DNA of 64,000 nucleotides, taken from a virus. The number at the start of each line of letters is the position of its first letter. The stretch's first letter is position 1. Positions 10,584 to 19,354 of the stretch are shown one piece after another. Under the pieces are notes generated by a model, which ran no database searches, was not told where the DNA came from, and saw only the letters and a program-made list of their open reading frames with translations. The translations under genes and the position numbers were made by a program. Location: positions 96,001-160,000 of IMG/VR virus record IMGVR_UViG_3300027974_000020; one strand, 5' to 3'.

Positions 10584-10973
10584 ATGGAAGAAAAATACTT
10601 ATGGATACTTTTAGGGCTTATATTTGGAGTTACTATTAGACTTATGAATGAACACATCTTTAGAAAGATTCTATCCTTTTTTATGACCTCTAGAGATCCG
10701 CACTATGACGAGTCTGGCCTCTGTTCATTTGCAGTTGGTGAATCTGAAGAGTTAACCAAGTTTATCACCATTCATGGAGACGCAAAAGGTAATCTTATAT
10801 TCTCTGCTTTTGAACCAGAAGAATGGGAGATGATGGTTGGTATGTGTGAAATTACCGGTAAAGACATTTCTCAGTTTATTGAAGAAATCCAAGAGGATAA
10901 TAAATCAAGAATGCTAGTAGTAGATCCAACTAAATTTACAGATGATGATGAGGATCCATTCGGAATGTTCTAG
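10584..10973 (+). CDS. Hypothetical protein with N-terminal TM segment
   Basis: Hydrophobic N-terminus, acidic C-terminus. Confidence 0.65.
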   Translation: MEEKYLWILLGLIFGVTIRLMNEHIFRKILSFFMTSRDPHYDESGLCSFAVGESEELTKFITIHGDAKGNLIFSAFEPEEWEMMVGMCEITGKDISQFIEEIQEDNKSRMLVVDPTKFTDDDEDPFGMF

Positions 10974-10993
10974 TAAGATATAAAAAGATATAT

Positions 10994-11032
10994 AAAAAAA
11001 GACCCCTATCCATTCGGAGAAGGGTCTTTTTT
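10994..11032. terminator. Bidirectional intrinsic terminator between convergent genes
   Basis: A7-GACCC...GGGTC-T6. Confidence 0.75.
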
Positions 11033-11047
11033 AATTTATATAGGTTT

Positions 11048-11266
11048 TTAGAAGTCTGAGCTATATTCGTAGTTATCCATATCATAATTATCGTAATTTA
11101 CTCCAACTTGGGCTGAAGCGCCATAATAAGTCTTTACACTAAGAGCATCCTCAAATTCATCTTCAACCCACTGTAGACAGTCTGGACAACGTAGATTATC
11201 ATCATACATTCCCTCTGATACCACTATCTCTGATGAACAGTATGGGCAATCTATAAAGCTTGACAT
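11048..11266 (-). CDS. Small zinc-ribbon protein
   Basis: CPYC...CPDC. Confidence 0.65.
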   Translation of the reverse strand: MSSFIDCPYCSSEIVVSEGMYDDNLRCPDCLQWVEDEFEDALSVKTYYGASAQVGVNYDNYDMDNYEYSSDF

Positions 11267-11557
11267 ATTCTTATCTTCCCTTCGCCTTATTAGGCATTGT
11301 TGTTATGGATGTTTATTCTTCTTATTATATAACAGCTCAATCATAATACACATTTGTATAGATCAAAACAACTCCTGATCAAACTTTTTTTCTGCGGGCC
11401 AATTCTTATTCTCAACCTGTATAAACATATATAAAATTCCTATAAGCCTAAAAAATAGGTAAAAAATATAAGGGGGTAATAGTGAGTATATGTTGTGCTT
11501 CATAAGTTTTAACGAGGCCACCCCTGTATACCCCATCGCTCCTCTGTTTACAAGAGC

Positions 11558-11644
11558 TAACCGTTGACAATGAGGTTATAAAACACAATGTAAGTCTGAC
11601 ACTACATAGGCGAAGGTGATATGGATGCACCTACCAATACATCC
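11558..11644 (+). ncRNA. Predicted tandem pseudoknot leader (3 units)
   Basis: Stems TAACC/GGTTA, ATGTA/TACAT, AGGTG/CACCT; each loop complementary to a 3' segment (e.g. GGATG/CATCC). Confidence 0.5.
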
Positions 11645-11670
11645 CACTACATGTTCCTTAAGGAGGAGAC

Positions 11671-11964
11671 ATGTTTACATCAATCATTGAGTGGTTAGTA
11701 TTCCTTACAGTAGTAGGCAGTATCGCAGCATCTGTAGGCCTGATGGTCTATGGTGTGTATGTGGTCGTGTCAGATATAAGTACTGTTAATGCAGTGCTGG
11801 TCTTGACAGGGCTATTTGGTACAGTGTTCTCACTGCTTGCGCCATTTATATTCAATGGTGTTATCCCAGCTAATAACTGGGGATTAATGGTTGGTTTTAG
11901 CTGCTGGTTGGTAGCTCTTCCTGCCTTTATAATACTGGGTGCTTGGGCTATAGAGCGCAAGTAA
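11671..11964 (+). CDS. Membrane protein (3 TM)
   Basis: AAGGAGG RBS; hydrophobic. Confidence 0.75.
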   Translation: MFTSIIEWLVFLTVVGSIAASVGLMVYGVYVVVSDISTVNAVLVLTGLFGTVFSLLAPFIFNGVIPANNWGLMVGFSCWLVALPAFIILGAWAIERK

Positions 11965-12047
11965 TCAGTTAATCAACTAAGAAGGCTCTTCCATGGTAGT
12001 GCATGGGAGAGCTTTCTTTTTTATGGCTAGGTATAAGACATCTAGCT

Positions 12048-12148
12048 ATGTCTCATCAGATCGACATTAACTGTCTGTGACCCCAGCGTAGGTAGTGGCT
12101 GGACAACACACTGCTATGGAGACACGCGTGCCATATATAACAGCGTGT
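12048..12148 (+). ncRNA. Predicted tandem triple pseudoknot leader
   Basis: ATGTC/GACAT with CAGA/TCTG; CCAGC/GCTGG with GTAGTG/CACTGC; TATGG/CCATA with ACACGC/GCGTGT. Confidence 0.65.
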
Positions 12149-12164
12149 AATAAGGAGGTAGCTT

Positions 12165-12449
12165 ATCGCTGCTATAACACAAGGTAAGACAGTTACATTC
12201 AAGCAAGTTGATGATATCATCAATTCTGCCGCTAAGGAATACCGGGTTTACCACTACAATGGTGGACAGGTCTTCATCCGTTTAAGCGCGTTGGATAATA
12301 TGATGATGGTTATCGACCATTCAACAGTAGACATTACAGTTGAGTTGTTTGACGGAACTGCATACTTGGCTGCATATGCCAATAACAACACTGAATACAG
12401 CAACCGTTTTATTGCTGCGCCATCACAATTGGCTGTGTTGTTTGCTTAA
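12165..12449 (+). CDS. Hypothetical protein (94 aa) with probable non-canonical ATC start
   Basis: TAAGGAGGT SD 5 nt before ATC; 95-codon open frame fills the unit up to the terminator. Confidence 0.65.
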   Translation: MAAITQGKTVTFKQVDDIINSAAKEYRVYHYNGGQVFIRLSALDNMMMVIDHSTVDITVELFDGTAYLAAYANNNTEYSNRFIAAPSQLAVLFA

Positions 12450-12553
12450 GTAAGTAATAAAGAAAGATACCCTGGGGTCTTCGGACCCTGGGGTTCTTTT
12501 TTTATGACTAGGACAAAGGTCTTATGTCAATACTCTCTAGGAGGGGAGTAGAT

Positions 12554-12823
12554 ATGAATATGAAAGACAAACTAATAATGGCAATAATTGCAGTATTATC
12601 AGTGCTTGCAATTGTTAGCTTTGTAGATGCAAGTAACAACCCAGTATCCTGCCAAGTTGACAGTTTGGTAGCGACATATGGAGATACCTATTGGACATTG
12701 AGCAGTGATGCTGGTTGTGTTGGTGGGTATGATAAGCAAAGTAGGGTTGGGCAGATAATTGATCTTAATGGAGGTTCTGCGGATCTCCGTCATGGTCAAT
12801 TGGTAATATTCCCAACTAAGTAA
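12554..12823 (+). CDS. Membrane-anchored LysM-like domain protein
   Basis: N-terminal TM; GDTYWTL...IIDLNG...LRHGQLVIFP. Confidence 0.7.
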   Translation: MNMKDKLIMAIIAVLSVLAIVSFVDASNNPVSCQVDSLVATYGDTYWTLSSDAGCVGGYDKQSRVGQIIDLNGGSADLRHGQLVIFPTK

Positions 12824-12915
12824 ATTAAGTAAGTAAACCCAAAAAGAATTCCCCGAGCTGGTACCCTCTGCCAGCTTGGGGTTTTCTTTTTATGACTAGA
12901 GCTCAGGCTTTAGTC

Positions 12916-12975
12916 GGGCTATAAGCGTTACGCCCTGAAAGTAATGCACCGGTCGTTGGCTACCGTAAAGCTAAC
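12916..12975 (+). ncRNA. Predicted tandem double pseudoknot leader
   Basis: GGGC/GCCC with GCGTTAC/GTAATGC; CGGT/ACCG with GTTGGCT/AGCTAAC. Confidence 0.6.
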
Positions 12976-13027
12976 ACCTGTTGCGCAATTTGGGACTTTC
13001 TCTCCCAAAAAAACAGGAGGAATACTA

Positions 13028-13351
13028 ATGATTACAATGATCATTATCGCAACACTCATGGTTGTGGCTGCAGTTGCAGTTACAGTCTGCGTGATGCAGC
13101 AAAAGGCAATCGTTCTGATCAATCAGATCAAGAACCTCATCGTTCAATTGAGCGAAGAGAAAGCAAAAGCAGCCAAGGTTCTTTCCGAAAAGGAACAAGA
13201 ACTGAGGGAAGCCAAGGATACAGCACGCCGTCATTTAAATGATTGGAATGCTCTCTACTTGGAGAAAAGGGCAGCTGAAGCCAAAAAGGCAGAAGCAGCA
13301 AAGAAGACAGAAGCGAAAGCTACTGTAAAGAAGACCAAAACAACCAAATAA
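13028..13351 (+). CDS. TM plus coiled-coil protein with Lys/Ala-rich tail
   Basis: AGGAGG RBS before ATG 13028. Confidence 0.75.
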   Translation: MITMIIIATLMVVAAVAVTVCVMQQKAIVLINQIKNLIVQLSEEKAKAAKVLSEKEQELREAKDTARRHLNDWNALYLEKRAAEAKKAEAAKKTEAKATVKKTKTTK

Positions 13352-13476
13352 GACAAATTAGGGAAAGTCCTAATTGCGCAACAACAAAAGATGCCCTGGG
13401 GGTTAACACCCCTGGGGTTTTCTTTTTATACCTAGAACATAGGTCCTTATAATAAGTGAAGGGAGGTGAAATAGAA

Positions 13477-13650
13477 ATGGAAAACGCTAGGAATGGCATA
13501 TTCCCACATAAGTGTGGATGGCCATCCTGTGAGTTTGTAGTGGAATTGGACGATGAGCCCAATTGCTTTACTCATTCACCAGACAGCGGCAGTTCCGAGG
13601 TCGGCTACTCTGCAAGGAGAGATGCTGAACGCGGAATCGTACGGTTCTGA
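13477..13650 (+). CDS. Small Cys/His zinc-binding protein
   Basis: GGAGGTG RBS; CGWPSC...CFTH. Confidence 0.6.
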   Translation: MENARNGIFPHKCGWPSCEFVVELDDEPNCFTHSPDSGSSEVGYSARRDAERGIVRF

Positions 13651-13785
13651 TGGGATGGCAGCCAACTGACTAAGAGTCGGGGCAGATGAATAGTGCCTGG
13701 CAACAGAAACTATCATGAAAGAATAATCTCAGGGGTTAGCATCCCTGAGATTTTCTTTTTATGACTAGGGAAAAGGTCTCTAGTC

Positions 13786-13836
13786 TGGTTAGCAGACCAT
13801 AATCTGTTTAGCCGTAGCTGTACATACGGTGCCAGC
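13786..13836 (+). ncRNA. Predicted tandem double pseudoknot leader
   Basis: TGGT/ACCA with AGCAG/CTGTT; GCCGTA/TACGGT with GCTG/CAGC. Confidence 0.5.
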
Positions 13837-13879
13837 GTGATGGGCGCATCCCATCTTTATGATTTCTTAAGGAGGAATC

Positions 13880-14170
13880 ATGTTCGGCATCATATTGCTA
13901 CAAAACTGGTTGACTTTTGCGATATTCGCAATTTTGATATCAGTCTCGGTAATGATCATTATCGAGGAAACAAAAGGTAAAGGTATCATTAACACTATCC
14001 TATACACTTTAGGATTTGTGTCACTGTTGTCTTTATGGCCTGTATTTAATATCTATACAGCCATACCTATCACAAACGATAATAATTTATTATTTATAAT
14101 AGCTTTATTTACAACATATTTTGCTCTGGTATTTGCTGGAACAGAGTTGATGGATAAAGCTACAAAATAA
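13880..14170 (+). CDS. Membrane protein (3 TM)
   Basis: AAGGAGG RBS; hydrophobic. Confidence 0.75.
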   Translation: MFGIILLQNWLTFAIFAILISVSVMIIIEETKGKGIINTILYTLGFVSLLSLWPVFNIYTAIPITNDNNLLFIIALFTTYFALVFAGTELMDKATK

Positions 14171-14336
14171 TAAAAAACTAGAATACTTTAGTTGTACAGA
14201 GCTAAAGTTTTCTTACCAAACTAAGAAGTCCTTGGGGTTAGCATCCCAGGGATTTCTTTTTTATGCCTAGTGGATAGGTCACTAGGTAGGCAATCTTATT
14301 ATGCCTACAAATAATAAGAGGAAGGGGAGCCTCATC

Positions 14337-14522
14337 GTGTCTGACACCTTGAAGCGCTTTCCTACCCTGACCTTACAATGCGCAGACACAATCTGCTTCA
14401 TTTGTAAGACAGAAACCAAAGTCAATGGGGATACCAACCCCTATGACCTTGGTTTTGCCAGGGTAGGTGGCAACTCCGCCAACGGGTACGAGATCTATCA
14501 CATCTCGTGCTGCAACGGCTGA
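14337..14522 (+). CDS. Small Cys-rich protein
   Basis: AAGGGGAG RBS before GTG; CFIC...HISCC. Confidence 0.6.
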   Translation: MSDTLKRFPTLTLQCADTICFICKTETKVNGDTNPYDLGFARVGGNSANGYEIYHISCCNG

Positions 14523-14680
14523 GTTAGCCTAATACTGGCCACCTGTGCCTGTCTCATAACTGGGGGACATTAAACTACTCAGTGAGAGGGTAGCCCAAAG
14601 CATTAGCTAGGGCTACCCTCTTTTTATATGACTAGGAGAAAGGCTTCTGGTTAAACCAAACATACAACAAAGGAGAAACC

Positions 14681-14950
14681 ATGCGTACATCACCACGCTG
14701 TGTTGGTATAGTAAAACCAACAAGTAGGCGAGTGTTAAAGAAGGGGTTGGAGAGGTATCCTCAGATAAAGGGGGATGTAACTCAACAACGGTGCTTAAAA
14801 AGTATCAACTGCCCACACCACAGGGTTGCTAATGCTAGAATTATGGAGCTTCCATTAGAAGAACCATATGTAGAGCTAACAAGAGAGCAAATAAGGCAAT
14901 TGATTAACATCGGTTACATGGCTGAAACAGGCCGTCCATACTACTTATAG
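14681..14950 (+). CDS. Hypothetical protein (C..C..CPHH zinc motif)
   Basis: AAGGAG RBS. Confidence 0.7.
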   Translation: MRTSPRCVGIVKPTSRRVLKKGLERYPQIKGDVTQQRCLKSINCPHHRVANARIMELPLEEPYVELTREQIRQLINIGYMAETGRPYYL

Positions 14951-14974
14951 ACCATAGGTCAAAGGAGAATAACA

Positions 14975-16102
14975 ATGAAATCATTAAAGCGTTTATTAAT
15001 AATCTCTACTGTTGCAATTTCTTTTATTGGGGTCAATGAAAGTTCTGCTTCAGCTAGAAATAACAAATGTGTAAAAGTTGGCACATTTAAAACGGCAGTA
15101 AAAGTTAAGTACGAATGCAAGAGATTGACCACAGGTCTCAGATGGGTAAAGGTACAAACAAAAGTTGTACCAACAACACCTGCTGAAGTTATAATACCAA
15201 TACCAACTGATTGGTCAAATATTGAAAAGTATGCACAAAACATACCATACGCAGCATGGAAGGCAAGTGTTGGCGCGATCACCACTGGTATGCCTCAGAT
15301 GCCAACAGTGAATATCATTAATGGACCAAATGCCCTTATAGCTTATTCAACTCCGGAAGTTAAGATTAATTTAACATCACGTTTATTTTCATCTGCAAAG
15401 CAACTTTCGCAGGTAAATATTATGCGTTTTGGGTATGATGATATTGGATGGGCTAATTCAAAGTGGTTAGAGCAATTTAATGGCCAAGATAATTCTGTTC
15501 CAAGAGAAATATTCGATACGTGTAAAACTACCACGACATGTTGGGGTGGCATTTCGCGCAATACCAAAAGTGGAATAGCTTGGTTTGCTTTGGCAACAAT
15601 GAAAGATAATCTATCTGAACCTAAACTTGTAAACGGGACTAACTACGCGCACTCATATGCTCATGCAATCCAATACGCAGCACTGTCTGAAATACCAGCA
15701 CAAAGACTGCCAAGATGGTTGCTTGAAGGAGTTGCTACTTATTCACAAGCTGCTGTTGAAGGCATGGTAAGTTTTGATTTATACAAGTCTGAACGCACAA
15801 GAGAAACAGGAGGATTAAATAACTCTCTTGAATGGCTTGAATCATTTCTTGCCCCAACAGGCAATGATTGGTCTCATTGGAACAAATATACTGGTAATGA
15901 TTCTTGGAGAGTTTATGATGTTGGTTTTATGGCAACCGAAGCGTTAGTAGCCCTCAGAGGACCAAACACTGTAATGAGTTTGTATACAAAAGTAGGAAGT
16001 GGTCAAACTTTTGATCAAGCGTTTAATGAGCTATATGGAATCTCTTGGGCTGAAGCTCACAAGATAATTGCTCGTGTAATTTCCTTACAAATTAACAAAT
16101 AA
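14975..16102 (+). CDS. Secreted protein with degenerate gluzincin-like motif
   Basis: Signal peptide; HSYAH (HExxH with E replaced by S) followed by PRWLLEGVA. Confidence 0.65.
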   Translation: MKSLKRLLIISTVAISFIGVNESSASARNNKCVKVGTFKTAVKVKYECKRLTTGLRWVKVQTKVVPTTPAEVIIPIPTDWSNIEKYAQNIPYAAWKASVGAITTGMPQMPTVNIINGPNALIAYSTPEVKINLTSRLFSSAKQLSQVNIMRFGYDDIGWANSKWLEQFNGQDNSVPREIFDTCKTTTTCWGGISRNTKSGIAWFALATMKDNLSEPKLVNGTNYAHSYAHAIQYAALSEIPAQRLPRWLLEGVATYSQAAVEGMVSFDLYKSERTRETGGLNNSLEWLESFLAPTGNDWSHWNKYTGNDSWRVYDVGFMATEALVALRGPNTVMSLYTKVGSGQTFDQAFNELYGISWAEAHKIIARVISLQINK

Positions 16103-16190
16103 TCTTATTAAAGAATAGAGGGTCCTTCGGGGCCCTTTTTTCTTTATGACTAGTGGATAGGCCACTAGTCTTTAGTTAAGGAGAAGAGTA

Positions 16191-16517
16191 ATGAAAGAAA
16201 TGGAATGGTGTGGATGCATGGATGTGCGTTCATGGAAAGATGGCTTTGCTGATATTTTTAGCAGAGAGTTAGTAGAAGGTAAAAGAAAAGGTGAGTTGTA
16301 TGAATTGTTTGAAGTTAAAAGCTTTGAAGAATTTAAGGATGAGTTAAGTGATATTGCATGGGGTGTAGGACGTATTGTTGGTGGTTTGGTTGGTAAGCCA
16401 TATGTACGGATTATTGGTGATGCAATACATTACAATAAGGTTGTTTCTCGTATGAATGAATATGGTTGTATGAGGAGCAAGCGATTTCTTATTAAGGGTG
16501 AATGTCCTAATAAGTGA
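16191..16517 (+). CDS. Hypothetical protein
   Basis: AAGGAG RBS; fills one repeat-delimited unit. Confidence 0.75.
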   Translation: MKEMEWCGCMDVRSWKDGFADIFSRELVEGKRKGELYELFEVKSFEEFKDELSDIAWGVGRIVGGLVGKPYVRIIGDAIHYNKVVSRMNEYGCMRSKRFLIKGECPNK

Positions 16518-16633
16518 TTTAAGTTAATTAGTAAATAATTGACGGGGTATGCCCCTAGGGTCGTTTGATCCTAGGGGTATATTTTTTATGCCTAGTGGAA
16601 TGGCCGCAGGTTATAGATTATAGGAGAAGAGAA

Positions 16634-17065
16634 ATGAAAGAGAAAGCAATTATAGTTGATATTGATGGTACTTTGTTTGAAGAGGTGCCAGGTTGGACAA
16701 TGGAGACTGATGCATGGTGGGTGGAAGAAACACTTAAGATGCGTGAGTTGAAAGTTGGAATTGGATTAATTAAAGTATTTAAGGAAATGGGATTTAAGTT
16801 GGTTTTCTTGACAGCAAGAGGACAAAGCTGCAAGAAGAATACTTTGATTAAGTTTAAGGAAGCTGGTATTGATAACTTGGTAGATTCGATGTGGCACAGG
16901 CCAGTTAAGTGGAATGGCGTGGCACCAGTTGAATATAAGAAGTTCATGATGCAACGGATTATGAAAAAGTATGATGTTGTGTTTGCTATGGATGATAGCG
17001 ACAAGAACTTGGAAATGTTTAAGGGATTGGGTATCAAGGTATTTGATGCAAAGAGGTGGTGGTGA
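16634..17065 (+). CDS. HAD-superfamily phosphatase (polynucleotide-kinase phosphatase type)
   Basis: DIDGTL, LTAR, K, MDD motifs; AGGAG RBS before ATG 16634. Confidence 0.85.
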   Translation: MKEKAIIVDIDGTLFEEVPGWTMETDAWWVEETLKMRELKVGIGLIKVFKEMGFKLVFLTARGQSCKKNTLIKFKEAGIDNLVDSMWHRPVKWNGVAPVEYKKFMMQRIMKKYDVVFAMDDSDKNLEMFKGLGIKVFDAKRWW

Positions 17066-17148
17066 GGTTATTGATAAACCTCAGACCAAAGAAACTAGGG
17101 TCCTTCGAGGCCCTTTTTTCTTTATGACTAGGACACAAGTCTTAAGTC

Positions 17149-17213
17149 TGTCTATTGGTAGACATAAACTTCATGACCCCACTATTGGTAGTAGGTGGCA
17201 AATCATACTACCA
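17149..17213 (+). ncRNA. Predicted tandem pseudoknot leader
   Basis: TGTCTA/TAGACA-TAAAC-TTCATGA; CCAC/GTGG with TGGTAGTA/TACTACCA. Confidence 0.6.
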
Positions 17214-17251
17214 GGGCACAGCCTTCACTGTGACTAATAAAGGAGAATAAA

Positions 17252-17932
17252 TTGGAAATGAACGAAGAGCCCAAAGCAATGCCAAAGTGGTTGGGTAAAT
17301 TCCCAGCCTACATCAAACAATTGTGGTTGGATTCAAACAAAATTGAACCCACACCACCAGTGGAACCATCACTGCCAGCAGAAGGCGAATTTCGTTTTCT
17401 GTTGATTCCACAAAATGACACAAGCAACTCCGAGGCGGTACCGATGTTGGTGCTCATCCAGAAAGTACTTCAAGATGGGTACTTCCAGGTAATGCTTACT
17501 CATTGTGAAGATGCAATGCAAACATACTCTGATCTTTACGTCACTAGTGGCGAAACAGGTTTGGGGTATGGTGTTTTCATTAGCACCGCAATACAAAATC
17601 AAGCTAACGTGAATTGCTTGAGCGAAACTGCAGTTGGTAAGTTGATTCCTTCAATGGTACGAGCTAGGGGTACATACAATTTTGGACCTAATGATGAGTG
17701 GCGCAGAGGACGTCGCTTTTCTTCAGATCGATTTGTTGCACAACTAGATCCACGTTGGAAGTTCGTTAATGAACAACTTACTGCAATGCAATACCTACTG
17801 GGCGCATATGAAGATGAAGGCGATACTCGTGACTCTGAATTGAGCGCAAAACACCAAGCAGAAGACATGAAATCGTTTTACCAAGTTGACCGTGACAATG
17901 GTGAACTTCTTCCATCGCAGAAAAACAACTAA
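17252..17932 (+). CDS. Hypothetical protein
   Basis: AAGGAG RBS; 226 aa. Confidence 0.75.
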   Translation: MEMNEEPKAMPKWLGKFPAYIKQLWLDSNKIEPTPPVEPSLPAEGEFRFLLIPQNDTSNSEAVPMLVLIQKVLQDGYFQVMLTHCEDAMQTYSDLYVTSGETGLGYGVFISTAIQNQANVNCLSETAVGKLIPSMVRARGTYNFGPNDEWRRGRRFSSDRFVAQLDPRWKFVNEQLTAMQYLLGAYEDEGDTRDSELSAKHQAEDMKSFYQVDRDNGELLPSQKNN

Positions 17933-17941
17933 GTAAGTAAT

Positions 17942-18012
17942 AGGTCTGATTGGATCGACCTTAACTGTCCATGAACCAACCGTTAACCAAGAGGTTGTAA
18001 TTCACATGGTTA
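17942..18012 (+). ncRNA. Predicted tandem double pseudoknot leader
   Basis: AGGTC/GACCT with TGGA/TCCA; CAACC/GGTTG with TAACCA/TGGTTA. Confidence 0.65.
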
Positions 18013-18040
18013 TTTAATCACAAACAAAAGGAGAAGGATA

Positions 18041-18559
18041 ATGTCAGATAACAAAAACAAATTCCAGTCAAGGCTGGATGCAATCTCAAAGGTTGCAATT
18101 GTTTTACATGCCTTTGGCACATGGTATGAACTACAAATTGAATCCAGTGACAAAAATCGGTTGACTGATGGGGCACTGAAGTATACACAGCATGTTAGCT
18201 TGTTCCCAAGCAGCAGAACATTGTATTCTTTTGTTGGTGTTTCAGAAGATGGTGCAATTGTCAATGGTTTCATGCATGATGGAACAAGCAACGACAATGG
18301 TGGTTATGGCAGTGATTCGTTTGAATTGACGATGAAAGATGGATCACACAAAGTCATAACAGGACCATGGAGCTCAAGACCAGGAGTTCATACTGTTAAC
18401 AGCGGTATTCAATACACTGAAGTTAGAGTTGGTTATGGTATGTATGGATTCTCAAGGGAATTCATTGAAGCCATAATTGATCGATTTAACCTCGATGTAA
18501 ATCTTGACTCAGTAACTTTGGAAGACAAAGAAATTAATCTGAAAGTAACACCTAAGTAA
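18041..18559 (+). CDS. Hypothetical phage protein
   Basis: RBS; GGYG...GPWSS motif. Confidence 0.75.
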   Translation: MSDNKNKFQSRLDAISKVAIVLHAFGTWYELQIESSDKNRLTDGALKYTQHVSLFPSSRTLYSFVGVSEDGAIVNGFMHDGTSNDNGGYGSDSFELTMKDGSHKVITGPWSSRPGVHTVNSGIQYTEVRVGYGMYGFSREFIEAIIDRFNLDVNLDSVTLEDKEINLKVTPK

Positions 18560-18655
18560 GTAGCAGCGGTGAGCCTGGAGTTAGGTTTCAGGCTAAGGAA
18601 ATTAGGGTCCTTCGGGGCCCTTTTTTCTTTATGACTAGGAATAAGGTTCCAAGTC

Positions 18656-18725
18656 CGTCTGATTGGATCGACGTAAAATGTCCATGACCCCTGGTTATTG
18701 GTTACCCAGGACAACTACGTAACCA
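18656..18725 (+). ncRNA. Predicted tandem double pseudoknot leader
   Basis: CGTC/GACG with TGGA/TCCA; CCTGG/CCAGG with TGGTTAC/GTAACCA. Confidence 0.65.
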
Positions 18726-18773
18726 GAGAGACACTATCTCTCTATAATAAAAAGTGTAATAAGGAGGAATGTT

Positions 18774-19163
18774 ATCAAAGAGCAAATCAACAAAATCAAC
18801 CAGGTCACTGATGGTGACAAGGTCAAGTGCGAGCCGTGCTTTGGCACAGGTAAGTACATGAGCAAAACCGTCATCGATGGAACATGTTTCCGTTGCAAAG
18901 GCACTGGTTCAGAAAAAGCAATGTCAATCAAGCAATACAATTTCATCAAGGAATTGTTCATGGCATTGGTGAAAATGAACATCATTGTGAAAGAGAACAA
19001 TGAATGGCATGAAATGGTTAACACCATGAACCAACACAAGGATGGAATTACATTGCGGTCATCCAAGTGGGCATCAGACAAGATTGAGGAATACAAGGCT
19101 CGCAAGAACCGTGTCCTCAAACCTAAGAGGCCAGTGTATTCAGTTACCCACTGTGGAATTTGA
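18774..19163 (+). CDS. DnaJ-type zinc-finger protein, probable ATC start
   Basis: Frame extends upstream of ATG 18858 to include CEPCFGTG, partner of CFRCKGTG; AAGGAGG 6 nt before ATC 18774. Confidence 0.7.
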   Translation: MKEQINKINQVTDGDKVKCEPCFGTGKYMSKTVIDGTCFRCKGTGSEKAMSIKQYNFIKELFMALVKMNIIVKENNEWHEMVNTMNQHKDGITLRSSKWASDKIEEYKARKNRVLKPKRPVYSVTHCGI

Positions 19164-19354
19164 GCAGTGGGATGAACCACAGTGGGTAACTGAAGAATGG
19201 AAAGCTGGAGAAGATGCAGAGGCTGACATATACTAGCACCGCCAGGTGTATAGGTAGTCATCAAGTCAAAGAAGAGGGGGTCCTTCGGGGCCCTCTTTTC
19301 TTTTATGCCTAGGACACAGGTCTCAGGCTAACACTCTCTAGGAGGGGAGTAATC

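Noticed and set aside
13670-13720. Hammerhead ribozyme (CAGATGA...GAAAC)
   Set aside because: Core is CAGATGA, not CTGANGA, and stems I-III cannot be formed; a simple pseudoknot fits better
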